From assembly GCA_964463175.1 (NCBI GenBank), contig CAYXBJ010000126.1:940-64939 (forward strand): 64,000 bases of DNA, written 5' to 3'. The DNA is from an uncultured bacterium (lineage in GTDB: Bacteria > Methylomirabilota > Methylomirabilia > Rokubacteriales > DASRDR01). The translations under genes and the position numbers were made by a program. The notes beneath the pieces were generated by a model, which ran no database searches, was not told the origin of the DNA, and saw only the letters and a program-made list of their open reading frames with translations. Positions 37,480 to 46,115 of the stretch are shown here, piece after piece (positions within the stretch are counted from its first letter, which is position 1; each line of letters begins with the position of its first letter).

Positions 37480-40134
37480 TCAGGAGATCGCGGTCCCGTC
37501 CAGGCAGCGCATGATCATCGCGGCCGACGCCGTCGTCTCGCGCGTGAGGCACGTGATGTGGGTGCCCGGGACCACGTGCACATCGACCCGAGGCGCAACG
37601 GACCGCCACCACGCGGCCGCGTCGTCCGCGGGGATCGGGTCCTCCGCGGGCCAGAGGAGCGTCACCGGCCCGCCATAGGGACGCGGGACGTACTCCGCGT
37701 CGATCCGGAGATAGTCGGCTCGCAAGCGCTCGCGGAGCCGCTCCGACTCGGCCTCGGGGCCCGTCTCCGCGGCGGCGGCGTTCGATCTTCGTCGCCACGG
37801 CATGCGACGCGCGCCCCGGCGCATCCCATCCCGGAGGACGCGCAGCCGGTCCCGCGGCGGGGTCGCGCGGAGCCGGAGGAATCCGTCCCGCAGCACGGCG
37901 AACAGATCCGCCTCGCGCGCCGGCCCCCCGCCAGCCAGCGCGCACGCGCCGCCCACGATCCGCCGGAGCCAGCCGAATCCGACTCCGATCGGGAGCGCGG
38001 CCACCACAAGCACGCGCTCGACCTCCCCGCCGGTCGCCGCGAGGAGGCGCGCGGTCTCGAGGGCCACCAGTCCGCCGTTGCAGAGACCCCCCAGCCGGTA
38101 CGGACCCTGCGGGCGCGCCCGAAGGATGTCCCCCAGGTGTCGCGTGGCCATGGCCTCGTAGGTCGGCGGGGTCGGGCTCCCATCGGCGCCGCAGGGCGGG
38201 AGCGCCAGGAACGGCTGGTCCGCTCCCAGGCGGCGCGCGAGGTTCTGGCAGTAGAGGCCCCCGCTCAGGTAGTCGCCGTGCAGGAAGAAGAGCGGCGTCC
38301 GACCCCCCGCCGGCTGGACCGGCACGAGCGTGTGGCGCGGAAGGCCGGCCTCGCGCTGCACCTCGTCGGCGAGCCGCCGGATCGTCGGGCTCCCGAGGAC
38401 GGCCGAGGCCGCGATGCCGCGCCCCAGCAACGCCTCGGCCTCCTGGAGCATCTCGACGCAGAGCAGCGAGTCGCCACCCAGGTCGAAGAAGTCGTCGAGC
38501 ATGCCGATCGGGCGCACGTGCAGGATCTCCGCCCAGAGGCTCGCGAGCTGGGCCTCGAGCAGCGAGCGTGGCGCGACCAGCGGCACGTCGAGGGATGGCC
38601 GGTGGCCACCCGGCGCGGGGAGCGCGCGCCGATCGAGCTTTCCGTTGGCGGTGAGCGGGAGGGCGTCGAGCAGCACGTAGGTCTCGGGAACCGCGAAGGC
38701 CGGCAGGCGCGCGGCCAGACGACGCCGCAGGGCGGAGACGGTGGGAGCCGGGCGCGTCGACGGGACGACGTAGGCCACGAGCGTCGGCTCGCCGTCCCGC
38801 TCCACCGGAGCCACTGCGGCCAGCTCCACGCCGTCGAGCTCGAGGAGCGCGCGCTCGACGTCCGCGACGGCCACACGATGTCCGTGGATCTTCGTCGCCG
38901 CGTCGACGCGCCCCAGGTGCTCGAGGCCACCGTCGGACCGGAGCCGGCCGAGGTCACCGGTGCGGTAGAGGCGCCGGCTCGGGTCGCGCGGATCGGGCGA
39001 GAACGCCGTGGCCGTGGCGTCCTCGCGGTGCCAGTACCCGACCGCGAGGTACCGGCTGCTGACGACGATCTCCCCCACCTCCCCCACCCCGCACGGCGCG
39101 GCGTCGGCCGCGAGGACCCGCACGTCCATGTCCTCGACCGCGTATCCTACGGGCACGACCCCGGCGGGCACGGGCGTCAGGGCGCCGACGAAGAACTGCC
39201 GGACGAGACCGCACTCCGTGGCGCCCAGTCCGTTCACCAGGCGCGCGTGAGAGGCAAATCGCTCCCGGTAGAGCTCGAGGTCGCGGACCGACGCCCGGTC
39301 ACCCTCGAGGCGGATGAGCCGCAGGGCGGGAAGCGCGACCCGGCTCGTCGCCACGCGACGGAACAGCGCGGGCACCGAGTGATAGATGGTGATCGCGCGC
39401 TCCCGGAGCCACGGCGCGATCGTCACGGCGCCCTCGCGCGTCACGTCCAGCGGGAACACGGCCGCGCCGTTCAAAAGAGCCCCGAAGAGGCTCGAGACGG
39501 CCCCGCTGAAGCTTGGCCCCTGGAGGAGAGTCAATCGGTCCTCGGCGGCGATCTCCAGGCTGTTCGTGTAACGCATGACGTTATGGAGGACGTTGCGATG
39601 GGCGTCGACGACGCCCTTCGGCCGTCCGGTGGAGCCCGACGTGTAGTAGATGTAGGCTCGCGCATCGGGGGCGATGGGAAGGGCGAGGTCCTCGTCGGAC
39701 GCGCTCCCGACCCGATCGAGGTCGAGCACCGGCACGGTTGGCGGGGTGACGGCGGCCGCCGTCCTCCCGGCGCGCGCATCCGCCAGGACTAGCCCCGCCC
39801 GGGTGTCCTGGACGAGGTCGGCGAGCTGCGCTTCCGGGTCCGCGGGGTCGAGTGGCGCGTAGAACTTCCCGGCCTTTAGAACCCCGAGGATCGCCGCGAC
39901 GAGCGGAGCGCCCTGGTTGACCAGGAGCGCGACAGGCTCCGGCTCCGTTCCCCGCGCGTCGACGATCGCGCGGGCGACGCGATTCGCCATGCGGTTGAGC
40001 GTCTCGTAGGACCAGGCATGCTCTCGGGTCGCGACCGCCAGTCGGCCCGGACCGCGGCGCACCTGCGCCTCGAAGCGGCGCGGGATGGACTGCTCGATGG
40101 CTTCCCGGCCGAACCGGACGAACGACGGCGCCAT
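37480..40134 (-). CDS. Stand-alone NRPS-like enzyme A-T-TE (no condensation domain)
   Basis: YTSGSTGRPKG, YRTGD, NGKLDR adenylation motifs. DFFDLGGDSL carrier (Ser codon 38467-38469). Thioesterase GPYRLGGLCNGG and distal His (PGTH). Confidence 0.92.
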   Translation of the reverse strand: MAPSFVRFGREAIEQSIPRRFEAQVRRGPGRLAVATREHAWSYETLNRMANRVARAIVDARGTEPEPVALLVNQGAPLVAAILGVLKAGKFYAPLDPADPEAQLADLVQDTRAGLVLADARAGRTAAAVTPPTVPVLDLDRVGSASDEDLALPIAPDARAYIYYTSGSTGRPKGVVDAHRNVLHNVMRYTNSLEIAAEDRLTLLQGPSFSGAVSSLFGALLNGAAVFPLDVTREGAVTIAPWLRERAITIYHSVPALFRRVATSRVALPALRLIRLEGDRASVRDLELYRERFASHARLVNGLGATECGLVRQFFVGALTPVPAGVVPVGYAVEDMDVRVLAADAAPCGVGEVGEIVVSSRYLAVGYWHREDATATAFSPDPRDPSRRLYRTGDLGRLRSDGGLEHLGRVDAATKIHGHRVAVADVERALLELDGVELAAVAPVERDGEPTLVAYVVPSTRPAPTVSALRRRLAARLPAFAVPETYVLLDALPLTANGKLDRRALPAPGGHRPSLDVPLVAPRSLLEAQLASLWAEILHVRPIGMLDDFFDLGGDSLLCVEMLQEAEALLGRGIAASAVLGSPTIRRLADEVQREAGLPRHTLVPVQPAGGRTPLFFLHGDYLSGGLYCQNLARRLGADQPFLALPPCGADGSPTPPTYEAMATRHLGDILRARPQGPYRLGGLCNGGLVALETARLLAATGGEVERVLVVAALPIGVGFGWLRRIVGGACALAGGGPAREADLFAVLRDGFLRLRATPPRDRLRVLRDGMRRGARRMPWRRRSNAAAAETGPEAESERLRERLRADYLRIDAEYVPRPYGGPVTLLWPAEDPIPADDAAAWWRSVAPRVDVHVVPGTHITCLTRETTASAAMIMRCLDGTAIS

Positions 40135-40171
40135 CAGCGGGCGACGCCGCGGTGACCGACGGCAGGGACGG

Positions 40172-40918
40172 TCACCGCCGGCCCACGAGACCCAGGCTGC
40201 GCTTCACGATGCGGTAGCCACCGTCACGCTCGATCCGTGACCGAAAGAGCGCCGCTGCCTCCGCGCGCCGGTCTTCCCGGCAATACGGGGCGCAGGCGTC
40301 GTAGTAGCGCATCACGGCCTCGAGCGTCGGGAGGTGGATCGTGCTCCAGAAGGTTGAGCACGCGACGCACCGGAACGTGTCGAGGAACGCCGGGAGAATG
40401 ACGCCCCGGCCCGCGCCCGGCACGTCGAGCACGTCGGCGGACAGCGGGTAGAGTCGTCCGAGGTCCTCGAACCAGCCGGCGTTGTTCCCGATGTCCGGCG
40501 TCACCACCACGAACCGAGCGCCGGCGCCGTCGAGCAGCCGACTGACCGCCGCGACCACGTGCGCCGGCCGGGCCGAGTAGTAGAGCGAGTACACGGCGTA
40601 GACGAGCGTGAAGGGGCCCGGCAGCCGGAGGTCGGCGAGGTCGTCCATGTCGCCGACGACGACCTCGGCGTTCGATCCGGGGAGCTGCGTCTCGAGGGCG
40701 CCGGCCATCTCGGCTGACGTGTCGAGGCCCACGATGCGCCGGACCGCGCCAGCAAGCGGGATCATCTGGCGTCCGAGGCCGGGCCCGATGTCCAGGACCA
40801 CGTCGCCCGCCACCGGCTCGAGCAGTTGGAGGATGAACTGGTCGAAGTCCGCCGATGCCGCGCGGTTGCACGCTGTCCGCTCGCTCAGCCGCTCCGGCGT
40901 GTTGATCCGGTTCAGCAC
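40172..40918 (-). CDS. Class I SAM-dependent methyltransferase
   Basis: VLDIGPGLG, GLDTS, VGDMDD, VYSLYY. Start uncertain. Confidence 0.82.
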   Translation of the reverse strand: MLNRINTPERLSERTACNRAASADFDQFILQLLEPVAGDVVLDIGPGLGRQMIPLAGAVRRIVGLDTSAEMAGALETQLPGSNAEVVVGDMDDLADLRLPGPFTLVYAVYSLYYSARPAHVVAAVSRLLDGAGARFVVVTPDIGNNAGWFEDLGRLYPLSADVLDVPGAGRGVILPAFLDTFRCVACSTFWSTIHLPTLEAVMRYYDACAPYCREDRRAEAAALFRSRIERDGGYRIVKRSLGLVGRR

Positions 40919-40958
40919 GTGGAATCCCGAAGTCCTCGGCGCGCCTCGTCCGGCGGGA

Positions 40959-41888
40959 TCAAGCGCCGGCGTGCGCCCGCCGGTACCAGGCGATCGTGTC
41001 CACGAGGCCCTCCTCCAGCATGACCCGCGGCGTCCATCCGGTGAGCCGCGTGGCGCCTTCGACGTCGGCCATGACGGCACGCTCGAGCGGCCGGTCGGGC
41101 AAGGCCCCCCACCGCGGAGCGACGGCCACACCCATCAGCCCGAAGATCCGCTCCACCACCTCGCGGATCGTCAGCAGGCGCCCCGAGCCCAGCTCGACCG
41201 TCAGGCCCTCGAGGCCCGGCGACGCGGCCACCGCCTCGAGACCACGGGCGACGTCCGCGATGTGGATCCAGTCCACGGCGCGGGCGCCGCTCGAGAGCGG
41301 CGGGGACTCGCCCCGGAGCAGCGAGGTGATCACGAACGGAACCAGCTTGGTCGTGTCCCGCTGGCCCGGCCCGTACACCATCGACAGCCGCGCGATGACG
41401 ACGGGAACCCCGTAGAGCGCGTGGTACATCCGCGCCACGGCGCTGCCCGCCCACTTGGCCGCGGCGTACGGCGACGACGGGGTCGCGATCGCCGGCTCGC
41501 CGGCCCCCGGCTCCTCCATCGAGCCCGCGATCACGAGACGCTGGCATCCCTCGCGCGCCAGCGCCGTGACGACGTGGACAGTCTGCGCCAGGTTCTCCAG
41601 CACGAGCGAGTCGGCGTGATCGAGCTGCCGATCGCCCGTCACCCGGCCCCCAAGGTGAATGACCCACTCCGGCCGCACGGCTCGCACGAGACGAAGGACC
41701 GACTCGGCATCGGTGAGGTCCACCAGATGGGGCTCGACGTGGGCCGGGCCAGTGCCCCGCCCGCCCGGCCGGAGCACCCCGTGCACTCGATGCCCCGCTT
41801 CCGCGAGGCGTGTGGCGAGATGGTATCCGATGAACCCGGCCGCGCCGGTGATCAGGACGCGACGAAGCGAGGAGGCCGTCAGCGCCAT
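40959..41888 (-). CDS. NAD-dependent epimerase/4-ketoreductase (CDP-abequose/paratose synthase-like SDR)
   Basis: ITGAAGFIG, SPYAAAK, VYGPGQ, DWIHI.DV, LEEGL..TI.WY. Confidence 0.88.
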   Translation of the reverse strand: MALTASSLRRVLITGAAGFIGYHLATRLAEAGHRVHGVLRPGGRGTGPAHVEPHLVDLTDAESVLRLVRAVRPEWVIHLGGRVTGDRQLDHADSLVLENLAQTVHVVTALAREGCQRLVIAGSMEEPGAGEPAIATPSSPYAAAKWAGSAVARMYHALYGVPVVIARLSMVYGPGQRDTTKLVPFVITSLLRGESPPLSSGARAVDWIHIADVARGLEAVAASPGLEGLTVELGSGRLLTIREVVERIFGLMGVAVAPRWGALPDRPLERAVMADVEGATRLTGWTPRVMLEEGLVDTIAWYRRAHAGA

Positions 41889-42901
41889 GGTCGGTACCGC
41901 CAGTATGCGCGCGCGCAGGCCGCAAGGGGCGCGTCGACTCCCAGCGCCTGGGCCCAGGAGACGGTCCGGAACCATCCGCGGCGCCGGAGGCGCGATGCCG
42001 CGGCCGGGCTGAGTCGGTCGAGAGAGGCCAGGATCGCCTGGAGCTCGCTCGGGCCGAGCCTCCCCGTGCTCGCGGCGACGTCCACCAGCGTGAACAGGAT
42101 CACGACGCGGTAGCGCTGCTCGAGAAAGGTCGGGGCATGCGCGCGCCACACCTCGCGCACATCGGCGTGGCTGCGGCCGAGTTCCTCCACGAAGCCCGCG
42201 AATTGCTCGACTCCCGTGATCGCCCCGCGCCACGGCTGTGTGTAGAACACGCTCCGGCGCTGCAGCCGGTACGAGAACGCCTCGTCGGGCGCGGCTGCCT
42301 TCCACCGGCCCGGGCCGTCCAGAAGCGTGAGCCACAAGGCGTCGTCGGCGTGGGTCAGGCCCTCGAAAGCCGGGATGCCGCCCACGGCGTCATACGCCGA
42401 GGAGCGCATCACGACGCCCACCACGGTCATGTCCCTTCGATTGGTCAGCCGAGCCTGCAGGAGCTCCGCCGCCGTCTCACGAGCGGCGATGGGTCGGCAC
42501 GGTCGCACGAGTCGTCCACCCTCGTCGACCAGGCGGTGATGGGTCGTATACAGCGTCGCCTCCGGGCATCGCCGGATCAGATCGTCGACGATCGCGAGGT
42601 AGTCGCGATCCAGCCGGTCGTCGTGGGTGACGAACAGCATGAACTCGCCCCGCTCTGACGCCCTCACCCGTCGGAAGTTCTCCTCGATCGTCAGCTTGCG
42701 ACGCTCGGACCGAACGCGGACCCTCGGGTCGCGGACCGTCCCCAGCCATTCGGCGGAGCCGTCCGTGCTGGCGTTCTCGAGAATCTCGAAGGCGAAGTCG
42801 TCGTGCGACTGGGCGAGGACGCTGTCGACGAGCTCCCGGATGTAGTCGCCGCCGTTGTGGACGGGGAGCACGATCGTGAACCGCGGCAACCGAGGGCTCA
42901 T
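41879..42901 (-). CDS. Glycosyltransferase family 2
   Basis: IVLPVHNG, ENASTDGS, THDD (DxD-like), ADDALW. Confidence 0.9.
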   Translation of the reverse strand: MSPRLPRFTIVLPVHNGGDYIRELVDSVLAQSHDDFAFEILENASTDGSAEWLGTVRDPRVRVRSERRKLTIEENFRRVRASERGEFMLFVTHDDRLDRDYLAIVDDLIRRCPEATLYTTHHRLVDEGGRLVRPCRPIAARETAAELLQARLTNRRDMTVVGVVMRSSAYDAVGGIPAFEGLTHADDALWLTLLDGPGRWKAAAPDEAFSYRLQRRSVFYTQPWRGAITGVEQFAGFVEELGRSHADVREVWRAHAPTFLEQRYRVVILFTLVDVAASTGRLGPSELQAILASLDRLSPAAASRLRRRGWFRTVSWAQALGVDAPLAACARAYWRYRPWR

Positions 42902-43122
42902 GCCGGGCAGGTCCAGCGCGCGCCCGCCGTGACGCACACACCTGCGAGCCGGCAGGACGAGGCGGCCCGGAGGTCACGAGCGGAGTCAGCCAGATCGAAG
43001 CCGATCCCCACGATCAGGCTGACACGTTAGGGGCGGACGGTCAGTGGAGTCAAGGTCGCAGCCGCAGGTCCCTTGACGGAGCCTCACGGGTCAGAAAGGA
43101 TCGGCCAGGAGCGAGGTCGACC

Positions 43123-44685
43123 GTGTTCACCGATGGCCGGACGCTGCCTGACGCCGACACCCTGACGGCGGATCTCTGCGTCGTGGGCGCCGGCGCCGCG
43201 GGGCTCACCCTGGCGCTCGACCTCGCGGACTCTCCGGTCCGGGTGCTCGTGCTGGAGCAGGGCGGAGCGACCCGAGACGAGGGCGGCGACGGGCTCTATC
43301 GCATCGTCCGCGGGCCGCGGCCACGGCTCGTGCGTGACGCCGGGCGCATCTGGCACGTCGGCGGTAGCACCAACTACTGGTTCGGAAACTGCCGGCCTCT
43401 CGACACGGGTGACTTCGGGCGCCGTGACTGGATCCCGGAGAGCGGCTGGCCGATCCGCCGCGACGAGCTCGCGCCTTTCTACGCTCGCGCCCAGCAGCTT
43501 TGCGGCCTCGGCGACTTCCGTCTGTACGATGTCGACGCCTGTCGCCCGCATCTCCTTCATCCTCCGCTCGACATCGGGTCCCCGATTCTCGTCCACCGTG
43601 TCGTGCAGACCTGCCCCGAACCGCGCCTCGTCGTCCTGCATGGCCGGCGCCTCCGGGATGCCGCCAATATCCAGGTCGCCACGGGCGCGCGGGTGACCCA
43701 AGTGGAGACGAACCCACGCGGAGACGAGGTGACCTCGGTCCACGGCGTCATGCATGGTGGGCGGCAATTCCGCGCGACGGCGCGCGCGTTCATCCTGGCG
43801 ACCGGAGGGATCGAGAACCCGCGGCTCCTGCTCGGGTCACGCGGCGCCAACCCCGCCGGGCTCGGGAACCGCCACGATCTCGTCGGCCGGTTCTTCATGG
43901 AACACGTTCACGTGGATCTCCCGGTCGGCGCCTGGAGTGACGGCCAGGATCTCCGCTTCTACACGACCCGACAGCCGGTCGAAACGGCGATGGTCGGGGG
44001 GCAGCTGTCGCTATCCGAAGACTTCATGCGTGCGGAGCGGGTCCCGGGACAGGCACTGTGGTTCTGGCCAGCCTCAGTCCGCGGAGAGGCGGCGGCCGCC
44101 GCGATAAGGGTCAAGCGACTGCTGCTGGGACGGTCGCGGCTCGATGCGCCGGCCGAGGATCTGCGGGCCGTGCTCGCGGCGCCCGGCGAGATCATGCGCC
44201 TGGCGTGGCGCAGCGTGGCCCGACGGACCGCGGCTGGGCGGAGCACCTCCGTACTCCGAGTCCTGCTGGAACAGACGCCGGAATCTCGGAACCGGGTCCT
44301 TCTCTCGACGGCCTGCGATCGAGCCGGTCAGCCGCAAGCCGAGCTCAGGATCTCCTGGACCGACGAGGAGATGCAGCGCCAGGCCGGTTCGCTCGAGATG
44401 GCCGCCGACGCGATCGGCCTCGATGGCCGACGGCTGGCGACCACGATGCGCGCGATGCTTCGCAGCGGACAGTGTGGCTATCTCTGGCACCACACCGGCT
44501 CCACGCGTATGCGAGAGGATCCCCGGGAGGGCGTGGTCGACGCGGACTGTCGGGTGCACGGCGTCTCGAACCTCTTCATCGCCGGCAGCTCCGTCTTCCC
44601 CACCGGAGGGACAGCCGGGCCGACGCTGACGATCGTCGCGCTCGCGCTCAGGCTGGCGGCGCACCTCCGGCTCCGTTACGGATGA
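43123..44685 (+). CDS. GMC-family FAD-dependent oxidoreductase
   Basis: VVGAGAAG, VGGSTNYW, LATGGIENPRLLL, VGRFFMEH, HHTGSTRM, NLFIAGSSVFPT.G...PTLTI.ALA.RLA. Confidence 0.92.
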   Translation: MFTDGRTLPDADTLTADLCVVGAGAAGLTLALDLADSPVRVLVLEQGGATRDEGGDGLYRIVRGPRPRLVRDAGRIWHVGGSTNYWFGNCRPLDTGDFGRRDWIPESGWPIRRDELAPFYARAQQLCGLGDFRLYDVDACRPHLLHPPLDIGSPILVHRVVQTCPEPRLVVLHGRRLRDAANIQVATGARVTQVETNPRGDEVTSVHGVMHGGRQFRATARAFILATGGIENPRLLLGSRGANPAGLGNRHDLVGRFFMEHVHVDLPVGAWSDGQDLRFYTTRQPVETAMVGGQLSLSEDFMRAERVPGQALWFWPASVRGEAAAAAIRVKRLLLGRSRLDAPAEDLRAVLAAPGEIMRLAWRSVARRTAAGRSTSVLRVLLEQTPESRNRVLLSTACDRAGQPQAELRISWTDEEMQRQAGSLEMAADAIGLDGRRLATTMRAMLRSGQCGYLWHHTGSTRMREDPREGVVDADCRVHGVSNLFIAGSSVFPTGGTAGPTLTIVALALRLAAHLRLRYG

Positions 44686-44739
44686 GGCGACCGGGCGCGA
44701 TGCGCCGGCGAGCGCCCACGACGGGACAGGAGCGGGAAT

Positions 44740-46044
44740 CTAGCCGCCTTCCTTGCGGAGGTCGAGGACGCGCTTGGCCTTGCCCGCGCTCCGCTCGATC
44801 GTCTTCGGGGCGACGAGGCTCACCCCCGCCGAGACGCCGAGGGACTCGAGGAGCCGGCGCCGGACGCGCGCGGCGAGCGCGTCCACCGCCCCCGGCCCGC
44901 TCACGGGCGCGCCCGGCTGCCATTCCACCCGCACCTCGAGGGCGTCGAGCGCGTGCTCGCGCCGGACCACCAGGAGATAGTGCGGCGCGAGCTCCGGCAC
45001 CTGCAGGAGCGCGTGCTCGATCTGCGACGGATAGACGTTGACGCCGCGGATGATGAGCATGTCATCGGACCGCGCCATGATCCGTCCGAGGCGCACCAGC
45101 GTTCGCCCGCAGCGGCAGGGCGTTGGATCGATGGACGTGAGGTCACGCGTGCGGTATCGGAGGAGCGGCATCCCCTCCTTGCTGAGCGTCGTGAGCACGA
45201 GTTCGCCGGTCGCGCCGGCGGCCGCCGGCTCGAGCGTCGTGGGATCGACCACCTCCGGCAGGAAGTGGTCCTCGGCGACGTGCATGCCCTGGCGCTCGGG
45301 ACATTCGACGGCAACTCCCGGGCCCGTGATCTCCGAGAGCCCGTAAACGTTGAGCGCCATCAGGCGGAGCCGGCTCTCGATGGCCGTCCGCATCGCCTCC
45401 GTCCACGGCTCCGCGCCGAAGAAGCCGACGCGAAGGCGCAGGGCGTCGGCCGGCAAGCCGGCCTCCTCGATCGCCTCGGCCAGGTGGAGCGCGTAGGACG
45501 GCGTGCAGCAGAGCACGGTGCTGCCGAGATCCTGGAAGGCGACGAGCTGCCGCTCGGTGAAGCCGCCCGAGATCGGAATGACCGCCGCCCCGAGCGCCTC
45601 CGCGCCGTAGTGGAAGCCCAGGCCGCCGGTGAACAGGCCGTACCCGTAGGCGTTCTGCACGACGTCGCCCGGACGCACCCCGCCCGCGCGGAGCGTCCGT
45701 CCCATCACCTCCGTCCAGACGTCCAGGTCGCTTCGCGTGTAGGCGACGACGGTCGCCTTCCCCGTCGTTCCGGAGGAGGCGTGGATGCGCACGACCTGGT
45801 CCATCGGCACGGCAAGGAGACCGAAGGGGTAGGTGTCCCGGAAGTCCGCCTTCGTCGTGAACGGCAGACGCCGGAGATCGTCGAGCGTCCGGATCGCATC
45901 CGCGCTCACCCCCGAGGCGGCCAGCCGATCGCGATGGAGCGGCACGCGGCCGGCGCGAGTCACCAATGCGCGCAGGCGCTCGAGCTGGAGTCGCTCGAGC
46001 GCGCCGCGCGGCAGCGTCTCGACCGCCGTCGTCAGCTCGCTCAC
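44740..46044 (-). CDS. paaK: Phenylacetate-CoA ligase
   Basis: PFTTKAD.RD.YPFG, HASSGTTGK, YGYGLFTGGLGFHYG, YGLSE..GPGV, RYRTRD, IRGVNVYPSQIE, GKAKRV. Confidence 0.93.
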   Translation of the reverse strand: MSELTTAVETLPRGALERLQLERLRALVTRAGRVPLHRDRLAASGVSADAIRTLDDLRRLPFTTKADFRDTYPFGLLAVPMDQVVRIHASSGTTGKATVVAYTRSDLDVWTEVMGRTLRAGGVRPGDVVQNAYGYGLFTGGLGFHYGAEALGAAVIPISGGFTERQLVAFQDLGSTVLCCTPSYALHLAEAIEEAGLPADALRLRVGFFGAEPWTEAMRTAIESRLRLMALNVYGLSEITGPGVAVECPERQGMHVAEDHFLPEVVDPTTLEPAAAGATGELVLTTLSKEGMPLLRYRTRDLTSIDPTPCRCGRTLVRLGRIMARSDDMLIIRGVNVYPSQIEHALLQVPELAPHYLLVVRREHALDALEVRVEWQPGAPVSGPGAVDALAARVRRRLLESLGVSAGVSLVAPKTIERSAGKAKRVLDLRKEGG

Positions 46045-46115
46045 GGTGTAGCCCTCCCCAGGCTGGTCCGCGGCCGGGCTCGAGTCCGGCCGGCGTTCGT
46101 CATTCTCCCACGCCG

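Noticed and set aside
37480-40134. Conventional NRPS peptide-antibiotic cluster
   Set aside because: Single module without a condensation domain, no other NRPS/PKS modules, and no resistance or export genes. The context is sugar biosynthesis.
44740-46044. paaK as a third acyl-activating enzyme of the glycan cluster
   Set aside because: It looks like a canonical phenylacetate-CoA ligase converging on the cluster end. Only proximity links it, so it was not counted as part of the system.
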